A DNA stretch of 63,991 nt, filler included, from Basidioascus undulatus (lineage: Eukaryota): the NCBI GenBank assembly GCA_000826855.1. It is 10 parts of 10 records of this genome, joined end to end, with 100 filler letters (N's around TTAATTAATTAA, not from the genome) between each part and the next. Parts side by side here need not be neighbours in the genome. Positions count along the whole stretch, not along the records: positions 12,977 to 19,355 come from JTLS01001754.1; positions 19,456 to 25,833 come from JTLS01001755.1; 8 more parts are not named here. One strand, 5' to 3'. Below the pieces are notes generated by a model. It saw nothing but the letters and a program-made list of their open reading frames with translations. It had not been told where the DNA came from and ran no database searches. Positions 12,977-25,933 of this stretch are shown piece after piece. Each line of letters opens with the position of its first letter. Positions within the stretch are counted from its first letter, which is position 1. The translations under genes were made by a program, and so were the position numbers.

Positions 12977-13710
12977 CGTCCGGAAGAGTGGCGGCTCCGC
13001 TTGTCTACCTACAAACGATGAAACCTAATTCGATAACAACAAACAGGAACACACAGTGAGCGGTTGCCGTACCTGAAAGCAGTCGATGGCCGGCTTGCAG
13101 AAACTCGCAACTCTCGTTCTTCGAACTTCCCCGTGGTGTCCTTCCTGTGATATAAAGAAGGGTAGTATTTCCCAATCCACTTCATCTCACGTCTTCTTTG
13201 TATAACCCCGTTACCGAAATGCTTCTACTTCGACCGCTGGCTCTCCCGCTGGCGCTAGCCTTGGTCACCAGCTGCTCGGTTGCATTCCTCTCCGTCAAAG
13301 GATCCGGGCCTCGCCGCACTGCCGGAACACGATGCTTTCGTAGCACCTCCTGCACAAGAAGGCAACACACTAGCTACGAAGGTCACATCTGGTCGCCTTC
13401 CGGGCATTGACGCTATTCGGAGCCTCCAGTACAACCCGCGAAACCCGCGACGCCCAACTCGCGATCGGCGGCAGTTCTTCTGCGATTCTCCTCCGTACGC
13501 CTCGTTAAAGTTCGCTGCGATGCGAGGATCAGATCTAACCATGGAGAGATACTGGACCCGAGCAGACCGCCGCTTCCTTCGGCACGCTGCCCTTGCGAAC
13601 AGTGAGCTTCGAATCTCAATAGCACTGAAAACCGAAACTGAACTGAACGTCTTTGCACACCCACAGTATGGAATACTGCTGTACGCCATGACCAAGTTAT
13701 CCGTCCCGAC

Positions 13711-13833
13711 CTTCATATCGTACTGGACGACATCGTCCTTCGGCAGGCTCTTGAGCGCAAACAGGTTCGTAGTGACGCTTATCGGCCGGCCGACCGTGCC
13801 GGGCGCCGCGCGCGGCTCGATCTCGAGCGACAT
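13711..13833 (-). CDS. Argonaute N-terminal exon (partial or truncated)
   Basis: MSLEIEPRAAPGTVGRPISVTTNLFALKSLPKDDVVQYD fits the Argonaute N-terminal motif G-x-x-GR-x-I-x-V-x-x-N-x-F...YD, with a pyrimidine-rich 5' UTR. No further Ago exon recognised downstream. Confidence 0.6.
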
Positions 13834-14996
13834 TGCGGAAGGGCGTTAGAGGAGGAGGTGGTAGTGGTGGTGAAGAGGAGAGTGGTGAGAGTGAGTGAGC
13901 GAGCTGGTCCTTGAGACGAGCGCAAGCGGGTACGAACTCTGCGAGAGGCGGCCCGCTGACGGTGCGCGCGGATGGGGATTGCGCAAAAAGCGAGTCGCTG
14001 GGTGGGCGGATCGGAGCGCGTGTTAGATGAGGATGGAAATATGCTGGAATGAAGGATGAGTATCGAGGTGTCGGAGGGGATGGACGTTATCAAAGGGAGA
14101 CGAGGCGGACGCGAGTTGCATGCACAAGTTGCAGCTTGAGCGCGGATGCAATTCCAGCTGAGACACTAGATGCTCGCTTGGGCCTTGAGGGGAAGAACTG
14201 GGATGCACGCGCAAGAGAGCTCCATGGTCACACCAGCTAATCAGGGTGCTTACCTTGGTTTACCGGATCAGGAAGGGCACTTGCTGCCAGTGGTCGCGAT
14301 GAGCCCGAAGCAGCGTGAGGCGCTCAGTAGCGCTACGCAGTGCCAGTTTCCCTTGCAGTCCACTACTTCGTTTCAATCCTCATCCGTGTCCAGTGGAAAA
14401 GAGACACAGTTGGATCCGCTCCTATCTAAATCAACTGTATAGAAGTCTTTTGTACACACATGCACCACTCACTCAACCCTGGCGGACTCGATCTTGACTT
14501 TCGGCCGGACTATATGTTGTAGCCTGTAGTGGTGCATTGCAGAAACGCAATCCACCAAACAAACTCTTCAAACCATATGCTCAAACCATATGCAGTTTCA
14601 TTCTTCCAAGGACACAACCGGATGAAAAGTCAGAAAAGTCTCCGGCAGGTCGGTAGCTTGCATGCCCTGTTGAAAGCAGGCTGTAGTCGCTGCACTTGGG
14701 TTCTCCTCAAGCCCCGGCAGCCCTATCCATCCAAATGGAAACCTGCGTCCTGACATCTCAGTGCCCTACTGTCACTGCTAAAAGAGCAAGCAGAAGGCTT
14801 CTGAACTCGGATTAGGGTGCGACTCTGTCGTCCCCCCCCGCATCGAAGCCATCTATCACAACGTTGTCTGGTAGCTCCCATAGCGCCCAAACAACTAAAA
14901 AAAAACCCTTCTCTCATGCTGAAAATCCCTCAATATGCCCCATTTTTAGTTCAAATTTTAACAATGAGTATTGCAATTATTTCAAATATTGCAGCT

Positions 14997-15079
14997 TCTC
15001 CGGTAGTATAGTGGCTAGTATATCCGCTTGTCATTCAACCTGACCGCGGGCGACCCGGGTTCAATTCCCGGCCGGAGAG
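14997..15079 (+). tRNA. tRNA-Asp(GTC) with 11-nt intron (15034-15044)
   Basis: Acceptor stem TCTCCGG/CCGGAGA, D-arm TAGTATAGTGG, anticodon arm TCCGC-TTGTCAC-GCGGG after intron removal, T-loop GGTTCAATTCC, T-runs downstream. Confidence 0.95.
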
Positions 15080-15670
15080 CGTTCATTTTACTTTTTCCGG
15101 CATCATGCTGAGCCTTTTCCTTCATGAGCAAAGCCACTGGGCAGAGCGTCACCTTTTTTACAGAGTACATTGCCAGCCCAGACTTTCCGTTATGCAAGAT
15201 CAGGAAGTCTGTCTAATGGACTCCGGTAAAGCGAGCCGGTATTGCGAGGCTTACTTGGCATCGTTTGGCCACTGAGGATACAGGGAAACTCATGCAGTGC
15301 CTCTTTTAGCGCACCTGGATGAGTTCTTTTCTTGGCGTAAGTTACTGCACTGATGAGCGGAATCTAAGCGGCAGCGGTCAGATAGCAGAGGGTCGAAGGC
15401 AGCCTGCGGCAGCTGTCGAATGTTGAGGATCATGAGCTCCAACTTTGTCCGAAGTACTCGATTTGAACTAGTCTGGGAGCTCCCCAGTATGGGCACCACG
15501 AGTTGATCAGCGCCCTAACAACAGGCAGGAAACGACATCCGCAGCGGCCTCGTGCAGGTGCAGGCGGAAGGCACCTTTGCCACCCAACCTCCGTCACCTT
15601 CGACTCGCGAACGACGCCTCCATCTAGCTCGTCCACAACGATCTTACCCGCTGCCTCGCTGCCCAGCACG

Positions 15671-16593
15671 ATGATCACCCAGCTGCCTCTCGAGATCCAC
15701 AAGCTCATAATCGACGAGGTTGCCGCGCCGTCACGTCCCCGCGCGTACACCCGGGACTCGAGCACCTTGGCCTCGCTCTGCCTCGTTTCTACTCGATGAA
15801 ACGCACTGGCTACACCGGAGCTCGATCGCGCGATGGCTTCCGTTCACGGCTCGTATCTGCACCTGGAGAAGCTCGTCGGCACCAGGCAGGCAAAGCCAGC
15901 ACTTCTTGCGTTTCTCCGCTCGGTCCTGCTCAAGTCGAATGGCCTCTTGCCCCTACCGAGGCAAGTATCGTTACATATGGATTTTATCCATGCGACCTCC
16001 ATAAAGCGCTTCGCGCTATACGGCTCCCTGACACACTCGCGGATCGGTACTGCTCCAGCGCACTTGCCAGATCCGTGCGCTTGCAAGAGGTGGTTCTGGA
16101 CTTTGTGCGACCGACTTTTTATAACTACTGGATGGCCGGCTTCTTGCCGAACCTCACGCACTTGGCTGTGGCTCGTGACCTTTTTGTCAGCGAGAGCACA
16201 GCCACCCTGCTCTCTGGACGCCTGCCGCGCCTATCTCGTCTCGTCGTTTATGCTGTTGGTCATGCGGGGCGATGCGTAGAGCAGGTAGCGCGGTGGAAGG
16301 ACCGTCCGAGCAAGCCACCCGCACTGAAAATCCTATTCTTGCTCCTGTCGCCAATGGATCCTCACCACTTCAACCGTGCTCTGGAGGAACACTGCCTGAA
16401 CCTCGCACTGTCAAGGTCGACGCAGTTCTTGTTAAGGACGAGCACGAATACCACAGCTACATGGCAGACGGAACGGTTTGGAAACTGGGAACTTGGGAGG
16501 AGGCCGCGTCGGAGCGCGGTGAGTGAAGGAGTGTATCGCTCTCGATGGAGCTGCTCTCGCATGTGTGGAATGTTATTCAAGCGGGCAAAGTAA
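15671..16593 (+). pseudogene. F-box-like/LRR-like protein pseudogene
   Basis: F-box-like N-terminus QLPLEIHKLII...TLASLCLVSTR*NALATPEL with in-frame TGA at 15797-15799. A GC-AG intron (15961-16058) joins it to LPNLTHLAV LRR-like sequence. Probable frameshift near 16390-16440. Confidence 0.6.
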
Positions 16594-18452
16594 TCGATGT
16601 CGATCGCTCACGGTACATTTGAGAGATTGTAGGACATACAACTGGCAAGGGGTTGCCTGTTTCCATGCAGTGTTTCTTGCATTTCGGCGTGCGAGACATT
16701 GCGCGGTGCAAGCTACCGTCAGACATGGTCATCGAGTCGTTACATCGTGAAATAATGATACCGCTCCAAAATCCCCAAAAGCCATTCAGTCTCCCTTTTT
16801 TTCAGTTCCCAAGCTCTCGCCTCCCACACCCACTCATCTCTTCCCTCACTCCTGTCCCTCCCTGGTTGCCGCGCCATACACCAGTCTCTCCCTTTCACCC
16901 CACCCCATCCCCTCCCGCTCCTCCTCTCCATCCCGCCCCTGATGCCCTATCAATGAATCTGAACGTGCCTCCCAAGGTGGAACGAGAAGCGTATGCGCTT
17001 CCCGTGGATGTGCAGGTAGATGAAGCGGGGGATGATGGGGATCTGCATGGATGGGGATCGGTGGGTGTGAGCATCAACACGAGCAGCCTGAGGGAACGCG
17101 GAGGAGAGGACTGACCGTCTTGGTATCTGATCCCACAGCGCAAATGGTAAGTCAGCTTGTTGGGAACAGAAGGAGATAGAGCAGCGGAGCAGAAGTGCGG
17201 GTAGGTAGGGGACGCACAGCGAAGCGGCATAGCGATGAGCTCTTTTTCGTCCTTCTAGGCGTCAGACGGCGGTGGTGCGCTCGGTCGGGATGGTAAGTTC
17301 GCTGGTCAAGCTGGTGGTGATGGTGATAGTTTATGTTAGAGAGCCGCATCTTCGTCTGAGCCCTCAGGCTGAGTTCGTCGTCCTAGATGGAACCATCGAA
17401 CAATAGCGGCGGTGCAACGCTCAAGGAGGCGGTGGAAATGACGTCAAACACGTGTGGATTCAGAGCTCGAGAATGACGACGAGGACGAGCGAGGAAGTGT
17501 AAGTGCAACTGAAGGTATCTATTGTGAAAGGTCTGGAAAGTCTGGAAAGATCAATCTGCTTGGGAGAAGGATGTGTAACAACAGGCGAAATAGGTTAGTA
17601 ACAGGACAGACGATGAAGGAACCGAAGCGAAGGAATGTGAAGTGTTTCGCAGTCTGTTGATCACCAGTTTCAGGTCCTCCCTCGCGGTTCAGGAAACAAG
17701 GCAGATCTGCTTGGAGCTTACATAGGTAGTCTCAAGAATACGTGAACAGTTATCCAGAACAACAGCCGTGAGTTCAAGTTGTTGTCTCCGACTGTCACTG
17801 TAGCCCGTCAACCACTCTGGTCTACTCTCGGACTCGCACATGGACGCCGTTCTCACTGCCGGCCCGTTACGAACTCTACTCCTTATCTTACTTTTCTTGA
17901 CAGACTGTAGCCGGAGTAGAACACAGCGCATGATCACGTCGCGACATGCAAGCGCGTCGGCGGTAGGCCAGCTGATCACTGAGTCTGACAGATCCGCCCA
18001 AGCTGTCGGCGTGGAGGCTACAGTCTCTTTCAGATCTGACCTCAACACCACCGCCAACACACAAAGTGAACCAACAAGAACTTCTACTTTGACCTCTCAA
18101 ATTCCGTTCGCGTTGAAAGTACACTGCCGAATCTAAGCGATTTCAAGGGATTATCCATCTTCCTCGCTCTGCCCCAGAAGCGCTTAGTCAGCGGCTGATA
18201 ACACCGCCGGCGAGTCGGCAAATAGCCTTTCGGTACTCGGAGGCACCGGACCGAAATCGACGCGCTTGAAACCCGTTCCCCTAAATGCGGGGGAGGGCTG
18301 ACGGGACACGCCGGGGCGCGGCTTCCGACTCTTCCGCAAAGACGGCTGCTCAGCCCTCGCTCGCCTTCTGCCCATCGTCGTCGTCGTCGTTTGTCTGTGC
18401 TCGGTCTCTTTCTTTTGCATCGTTGCAGTTTGCTTTCTAGATTCCTGCCATC

Positions 18453-19331
18453 ATGTCCACCCCGCCGGTCCAGCGCAAGCCCCTCCCCTTCGCCTACACC
18501 TTCACTGCCGGCGCCATCGCGGGCGTGTCGGAGATTCTGTGAGTCGGGCTCGGGGACCTGCCGGACGGTCGCGTGCTGACTTGTATATTCTCCCCACAGG
18601 ACTCTATACGTGCGTATCACCGGGGACCTCTAATGTTGGTACAACACCTCTGATGTTCTGAAGGGACGTGGTCGCAGCCCCTCGATGTCGTCAAGACGCG
18701 CATGCAGCTGGAGAAGGGCAAGGGCGGCGGGATGGTGGGCATGTTCAAGGAGATTGTCGCCAAGGAGGGGTGTGTCCGTCTCATACCACTCAGCGGAAGG
18801 AGGGTAACGCTCACAAGCCCTGGCGAAACGCTCAGTTTCGGCCGCCTGTACCGTGGTCTTGCTGCGCCACTCATGCTCGAGGCGCCTAAGCGTGCGGTGA
18901 AGTGTGAGTTCATGTTCCCCTGCTGTTCTCCCTGAAGGGAACACCCAGTGAAGTAAAGAGGATTGACTGATGCCCTGTGCCCGCGATGCGCCCTCATCCC
19001 CCCCAGTCAGCGCCAACGAGTTTTGGGGCGAGACGTACAAGAAGGCGTTCGGTTCGACTGAGCTCACGCAGGCCCTTGCGACGCTCACGGGGTGCAGCGC
19101 GGGAGCGACCGAGTCCGTCGTCGTGACTCCCTTCGAGCTCGTGAAGGTGCGTCTCCTGCGTCCTTAAATCTGTGCCCTGCGTCGCGCTGACATACTTTGG
19201 GGTGTGTGCCGAAACAGATCCGGCTCCAGGACAAGACGTCCTCGTACAAGGGCCCGCTCGATGTCCTCGCCAAGACGATCAAGGCGGACGGCGTGCTCGG
19301 GCTCTACGCGGGCATGGAGGCGACGTTCTGG
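18453..19331 (+). CDS. ODC1: Mitochondrial 2-oxodicarboxylate carrier (SLC25A21/ODC-like), 3'-truncated
   Basis: KPLPFAYTFTAGAIAGVSEIL|TLY|PLDVVKTRMQ...LEAPKRAVK...GCSAGATESVVVTPFELVK|IRLQDK, with carrier motifs PxD/ExxK. Confidence 0.9.
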
Positions 19332-19355
19332 GTGCGCGGCGCTCTCCCTCCTCCC

Positions 19356-19455
19356 NNNNNNNNNNNNNNNNNNNNNNNNNNNNNNNNNNNNNNNNNNNNT
19401 TAATTAATTAANNNNNNNNNNNNNNNNNNNNNNNNNNNNNNNNNNNNNNNNNNNN
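19356..19455. other. Artificial contig linker
   Basis: N44-TTAATTAATTAA-N44. Confidence 0.98.
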
Positions 19456-20740
19456 GGGGCACGCTCGGGCGCGACGCGGCGGCGTCGCTCAAGGCGGCGT
19501 CGTCGCAGGGGCAGGGCTCGGGCGAGTCGGGTTGATGATGATGCTGTGGTACGGTTGGGGAGGGCGATGCAAGTTCCTAGAGCAGTCGAATTGATGCTGA
19601 TTAATGGGACTGCCTTGCACGAGACTTCTCGTCGGAGTCGTGCTGCTTGCATCAATTCATCTTTCAGCTTTCGACCACTTAACTTATGGATCAATCCCGC
19701 ATTTGATTATTACTTACCTACTGAGATATGAGCCAGCCACAGTCGCAGCTATTTGGCGCTACCAGGACAGTGGCCCATATTACCGTAATGCCCTAAGCTC
19801 CTGCCCGGACTGCAAAACAGAAATGTCACTCTATGTCAAGGGTTTCATTGCAATGCTGCTGGCTAAAATACCCTACGTCGGACGCATATGTCGTTGCACC
19901 TGGAGAAATGTGCGTGATAGTTCACGAAGTGTCGTCTGCACAGGACCTTCGTCCATGTCCAGCGCTCCTTCAACCATCACGCCCTTCGATGGTACGCTCT
20001 CCCATTGTAGATAGGAGGACGGTCTATCATCTGCGTGTAGGAACACTCCGGGGAGAACTGACCTCGGTCTGAAAATGTGACAGTCTTGCGGCCGCGGGGT
20101 GTGTTTGCGGTTGTAAACTAAGCCGGGGAGTCGGGCCTGAGAGTACCGGCTATGGGATTCAAGTTCAGTGCTATTCAAAGAAATAGCTCATGTCTGTGAC
20201 TTACTAGGCTGGTTGGGCACTGCAATGCCCAAGGGCGGGTCGGCACCCAATTTAACTTGCCTGAGAGGTTCGTGAGCGGAAGCTAGTGACGGCGTTGTTC
20301 TCAACATCGCGGTTTGCTGACAAATTCGTTAAATACTGCCTTACTGTGACAGAGAGCTCTTGGGCTCCTGAAGGTTCCCACCCCGGCGCCCCGAGTCTTT
20401 TGCAGCGAGGCAGTGTGGGAAGTCGTTTGAGCAGTGGGGCGGCTGTGACCACCGGCGGATACTTCTGTGCAAGGAACTTCAATTATATAACCAATTATAG
20501 GTAGAAAGTATGTCCCACCAGCCGAGTGTGTAGTTCCAGAAGTGGGGGACGTGCTGGCAGCCCGGTACGCGGACGAGCTGGAAGTCTGCTGAGAGCGCTC
20601 GGTACGAACAGTCCGATGTGACAAGTAAGTCTGGTGGTAGTCATGATCCACAGGCTGAAGAGCATAAAAATTATTGCAATGTTGTGTAAGGCTTCAGCTG
20701 GCTGAGCAGAGCATCACCCACCGAAGGAGACCGAGAGGCC

Positions 20741-21560
20741 ATGGTGCCTGCGCAAACGCACATTCAGGACGATCCATTCGACGGGCCTCCCGCTGACGGG
20801 GTACCAATTGAGCTCATCTGTAGGGACACAACCCTGGTGTGCAACCGATCTTTGGGAGAGGTGCGGAAGGTTAAGAGGGTTACCCAGGTGTACTCGCAGG
20901 CGGGGAGGAAGAGGAACACTTGGGGACTGTGAAACGCTGTGCCGTCAATAAACGGATTCTGGTGTATCTTGAGCCCTATACGCATCGGATTGCTCTGAGC
21001 GAACCCTCCCTAGAGCCGGGAAATGACAGTGCTGTGCAAACTGCAAGGATACCCGAACATCCGTCGATACTTTGCAACTTTAATCCGTAAACCTGCTGGT
21101 TAACGTGCCCCGATTAGCCTGATACGACCTGTGCAGGCTATGGCTTAGTCCCTTCCATAAGTCCTTGGTGAGCTTCGCTATATCTCCTGAAATTATAGAC
21201 TAAGCTCATGCAGTCCCCTGAATCACACAGACTACCAGTCTATAGGTGATTCTGCGCCTCATATAGTCACTCGACGACGGTTTTGCCGCCTGTTAGTGAT
21301 GTAAAAGGATTCCTAAAAACTCTGAAGAATTTATCGGCCTAATTTATTGGGAACTTGCAGCTACAGCCGCGGTCACGTACGTGACACCCTGCATGATACC
21401 GGTAACTGGCGACCCTTGTCGCCGTTCACATTGCGACTGTAGTACACCAATCGTGTATTCACTTGGATCTCCGCTGAAAGATACTCAACGCAGTTTTTAC
21501 CAATTGCTTCGGGCCATGAACTTCCTTCACCAAAAGGGCATCATTCATCGACAGGCTATC
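20741..21560 (+). pseudogene. Degenerate Ser/Thr protein kinase remnant
   Basis: Scattered kinase subdomain fragments: VKRCAV, REMTVLCKLQG/YPNI and FYQLLRAMNFLHQKGIIHR, broken by stops and frameshifts. Confidence 0.5.
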
Positions 21561-21855
21561 CATCCATTGCTCGTTTCGGACAGACTTGAGATAGTTGCAC
21601 AAGTACAGCGGCTTAACGTTAGACTCCCTTGCGTCATGACGAAGCGAGACTTGCACACCCTGGATCACTTTGAATAATCAGTACGCGGACCTCGAGGTTC
21701 GTTCCAGCGGAGGGTGAAGTCCAACGCTGCTTGAACTGGCTTGGACAGTGTTATGCTCACGTGCGCGATCCTCAGCATACGCTCCTAAAACAACTTACCA
21801 GCCTCCTTCCACCTGCCTCCTTCACCTCTGTCTGCCTTTACACACCCAGCTTGCA

Positions 21856-23053
21856 ATGGATCCGACCCTCTACGACGACGTCCCGATTGTACCTGCGGAC
21901 GATCATAGTGCAGCCGGCGGTTCGATTCGCTCGCGCATCCCGGTCGTCGTGGACCGGATGTGGCAAATGCTGCTCAAACCCTCGATCGCGTACACGCCGT
22001 TCGCAGCATCGTCTTCCCAGCGTACACGGGCTACAAAATCGAACGCAAAATCCTCGATAAGGATGCGGATGAGCTCATTTGCGACGTACTCGGTATATGC
22101 ACGCCAATTTCTCGCTCCTCGTCCATCACGCACCGGGGGAGGAGGATTCGAAGTCGACGCTCGCGTTTACGGAGAGATCCGACACTCAATTCGATCACCC
22201 CACCATCTTCTTCTGCTTGAAGCTTCACGGGATCTACACTGACGCTCTCGCTCGATATACGAACGCTTCGCATGTGTCCGGCCGAGCCGAGATACTCGCC
22301 GAGTTCCGCCAGCTCGATGTTGGCATCGCGGCCATATTCATGCATGAGCTTTGCAACCTTGTCCTAGTCTATGTGCATACATTTCTGCTCACTTCCTACT
22401 GTGGGTCATTGATAGTTGCGACTTACAGCGATGGGGTCGCGCTGTGGAGACGCCGCCGCGCATCGCCGGCGGTACCGGACCGAAACCACAGACGGGGAGG
22501 GCGGCGAGTACGGCAAAGATCATTTTGTCGGGGGCGTCACTGTGCTGGTACGCGTTTCTGGTGGTGCGTGTATCTTCAGACGCGATCCGTGAAATGGCGG
22601 TGCCCAGAACTGACACTCTGGCGACAGCGCAAGGATGGATGGTTACGGCGTTGTTTCGGGATTATTGGGCCAGGTTACCCTCCCAGGTCATTTCGCATCG
22701 GGTGCATGAGTCTGGCGGCGCCCTGAAGGTCGCTACGAACGGCCCCCCGGCTCGTCCCACCGCGGACTATGCGAGTCTCGGACGGCGGGTCGAGAGCGTC
22801 GGACGCTCCTGCCCCAGTCGCGAGGCATCTATTTCACGATCCCGCTGCGGTGCGCGACGACATCTTGTCGATGCTCCAGCGTGTCATTCCTCACGAGTTT
22901 TACACCAACGCCGGGCGCCGCGACGTCTTCAGGGAGGAGGAGCTCCCGACGAGGGGCGCTAGGGCGGGCGGCGCTGGGGAGGGCGGCGCCGGGAAGGGAG
23001 GCGCTGGGAAGGGAAGCGCTGGGAATGGCGGCACTGAAGAGGGGAGTCTCTAG
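21856..23053 (+). pseudogene. Frameshifted hypothetical gene with an HExxN zincin-like segment and a Gly-rich tail
   Basis: Coding-like sequence moves between the three frames (MDPTLYDDVP..., ...AAIFMHELCNLV..., ...VIPHEFYTNAG...GGAGEGGAGKGGAGK*). Confidence 0.4.
22965..23040 (+). repeat. 15-bp coding tandem repeat (GGAGE/GGAGK units), about 5 copies
   Basis: ggcggcgctggggag ggcggcgccgggaag ggaggcgctgggaag ggaagcgctgggaat ggcggcactgaagag. Confidence 0.8.
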
Positions 23054-23735
23054 CCTAATGTCCTTATATGAACGTGCTTGAGGGCGATGGTCGATTGTAT
23101 GTGGACGCTATTTGGACATGATGTGCTGCCTACAACCAGTGGTCAAACTTCCCGACAAGTGTGCAAAGTACGCAAGGGTTGTTGGCTGCATGTTATGAAG
23201 ATCACGAAGTACGATTTCGTCAGATATCCTAATATTGTGGGATGATGATGATGTGGCGCTGCCGGATCAACTGAGAAATAGAATTATGATGGACAATGTA
23301 CAGTGTATCCGCGTTCCTTCCGCCGCCGATGACCCTCGGCAAGAGCCAAACAAGAGTTCCTCTTCCCGGCCGCTGGCACCGAAAAGGCCCTGTCGTCCTT
23401 CGGAAGGTTCGTTGGATTCGAGGCGGGGGCGATTTATTGGCTGGGTCGCATTTTCTACCGCTCCGGGCAAGCTGTGCGTGACAATGTTGTTCGTTCTGGG
23501 AGGTGGACCATTGCATCGTTCGTGACATTGGTTCAGCTGCCATCTTACTGCGACGCTAAGCCGGTAATCAGAAACGCCTGAGTGCGAAACACCGTCCGAG
23601 AACCAATGTATGGCAGAAACGTCAGCAGGCATGATAGAGCAGTATTGTATCGGATGTCAATCGTGTGCGTGTGCGAAGTGTGGAAGACAACGAGTGAAAG
23701 AGAGGAAAACAAAAGGTGAAAGTCTTGAAAGCGTT

Positions 23736-25833
23736 CTATGAAGTCGAAGTCCGCCGCGGGGGCGCATACTCGAGTTGAGGTCGAAGCTGCGGGGCATGGG
23801 GTGATGTGCGTCAGGAACGCCGGAACGCAGCAGAAGCACGCGGCCGCACGCACCAGCTCGACAAACACCGGCAGCAGCGCAGGAAGCTCCTTGAGCGCGG
23901 GCGGGTCGATCGGTACGCGCTTCGGCTTGCGCGGGCGCATGGGCGGCGTGTCGTGCGGGGTGGTGGACGAGAGCGTCGGGGACGGGGGCACAGACGCCCC
24001 GGGCGAGGTCGAGTTGCTCGCGCTCGCGCCGGCGCCGTGCTTCAGGCGCTGCTTGAGCGCGGAGAACCTCGGGCGGGCGGACTCGGTCGAGCCCCTCGGG
24101 GACGACCCAGACGCCGCTGCGCCCGCACCACGGCTCGGGCGTCTCGTGCGCGGGTGCGGGTGATGGCGCGCACCACGTCCGCTCGCGATGGACGCGCTGT
24201 CCTCGCTCTCGTCGTACAGGTCGTACTCGTCGTCGCCCTCGTCGTCGCTCTCCTCTGCGGCGATGTCGTCCACGTCGCCCGTGACGGTCGCGTCGACGCC
24301 GAGGCCCTGCACGACGCCCTCGACCCACGCGGCGCTCTCCTCGTCCGCGCCGTCACCCTCGCCGCCGCCGCGGAGGAAGCGCCGGCGCGTGCGCTCCTCG
24401 TGCGCGACTTTGAGCTTGTAGTGGTAGATCGCGACGTCGTCGACTTCCTTGAGGATCGCCTCGCGCTCGCGCCCCGTGTGCGGGAGGATGAAGTCGAGGT
24501 TGACCCGCTGCGAGAGGCCGTCGCGGAAGAAGTTGAGGAAGCGCTCGATCCAGTGCATGAGCGCGTCGAACAGGTCTTCGCCCTTGGTGTGGACCTGCAA
24601 GGCGACGTCCCGTCAGCCTCCCACTCAATGCACGCATCCAGCCCTTCAACGGCTTGCCTTGTAAACGAAGTTGTAAAACGCCACCTCATGCCGCTCGACC
24701 AGATCGATAAAGATCTGCACCGTCCCGGCGGGGTCGACCTGTGCGCCTGCATCTCCCCCATCCATCAGCAGGCAGACCCACACAGCCTCGCACAGACGCG
24801 CACACACGCACGTTCTTCCGAGTCCTCGACAGTCTTGATCAAGTCGTTCAAGAATGCCTGGAAGTCACTGATTGAGTCTGCGATGTTCGCGGCCTTGTAC
24901 ACCTGCGCGAGCGGCGAGTAGAAGATCGTGACGATGTCTTTCAGGAGATCGGCCGTGACGCCCTGTCCGCCCCAAACCCCGCGTCAGCCCCTCACACTCT
25001 TCTCCATACTCCCTGCTCCAGCAAACGCACCTCGAAGATCATCTCGATCATCTGCTGCTTGTCCCTCAAGCGGACATACAAGCGCATGAGCACGCTCAAA
25101 TCCTCGTACAGCCACGCGTCCTCGTCCTCGGGGCCCTCGTCGTCGTCCGAGTCTACGAGCCGCGCGCGGTAATGCTCGTACCGGACGAACGCCCGGCTCG
25201 AGCGCGCGACGCGCTGGAACTGCTCCCGGTTCAGAGCGGGCTGCTCCCCCGAGCGCAGGATGATCGAGAGGAGGTTCAGGTTCTCGGCGTCTTGAACGCG
25301 GGACAATCGTAAGCATCCCCAGCGAATTGTTGGAGACGAGGGAGGAGCGCGAACCTGCGTCGGCGCGGTAGATGGCCTGGATCTCCGCAGGAGCATAGAC
25401 AAACTGCCTGATCTTCTCGCACAGTACCTCGTCCTCGACCTTGGCGCGCACAGCCGCGATGTCCTCCTCCAGCTCGCGCACGTCCTCGTACAGCGACGCC
25501 GAGAACATCCTTTACCCACCCGCTATCCGATCAGCCTTCTTCTTAGGTAACTCAGCGCAACGCCCGTACCGCTGCAGCAGACTCCGCTGCCCAAACGGCT
25601 GCGCGAGGAACAGGTCGAGGACACCTAGACGCGATCGGCAGTTGACTCAGTTAGTACCTGGGTGTTGTAGACTGTGGAGGGGAGGCAAGCCCACCTCGGA
25701 CCATCGCGATCGGGTTGCTGATCTTCAGGATCCCGCGGAGCATGAAGTACGGCATGAGCCCATGCAGGCGCTTGAGCGACGCGAACGTCTCGGACGCGTT
25801 GTCCGACGCGACGTAGAGTTGGTAGATGGTGGA
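23736..25833 (-). CDS. PX-associated DUF3818 protein (YPR097W/Lec1-like), 5'-truncated
   Basis: Spliced TIYQLYVASDNASETFASLKRLHGLMPYFMLRGILKISNPIAMVR|VLDLFLAQPFGQRSLLQR|MFS...DLLKDIVTIFYSPLAQVYKAANIADS...FYNFVYK|VHTKGEDLFDALMHWIE. Confidence 0.8.
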
Positions 25834-25933
25834 NNNNNNNNNNNNNNNNNNNNNNNNNNNNNNNNNNNNNNNNNNNNTTAATTAATTAANNNNNNNNNNN
25901 NNNNNNNNNNNNNNNNNNNNNNNNNNNNNNNNN
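25834..25933. other. Artificial contig linker
   Basis: N44-TTAATTAATTAA-N44. Confidence 0.98.

Noticed and set aside
16860..17349. Possible gene on the minus strand (His-run peptide MRLSNINYHHHHQL)
   Set aside because: No consistent spliced frame or recognisable motif.
23806..24921. Long antisense or alternate-frame ORFs (e.g. 371 aa at 23806-24921, 354 aa at 55923-56987, 259 aa at 59254-60033)
   Set aside because: They are shadows of GC3-rich real exons, Arg/Ala/Gly-rich, with no family signal.
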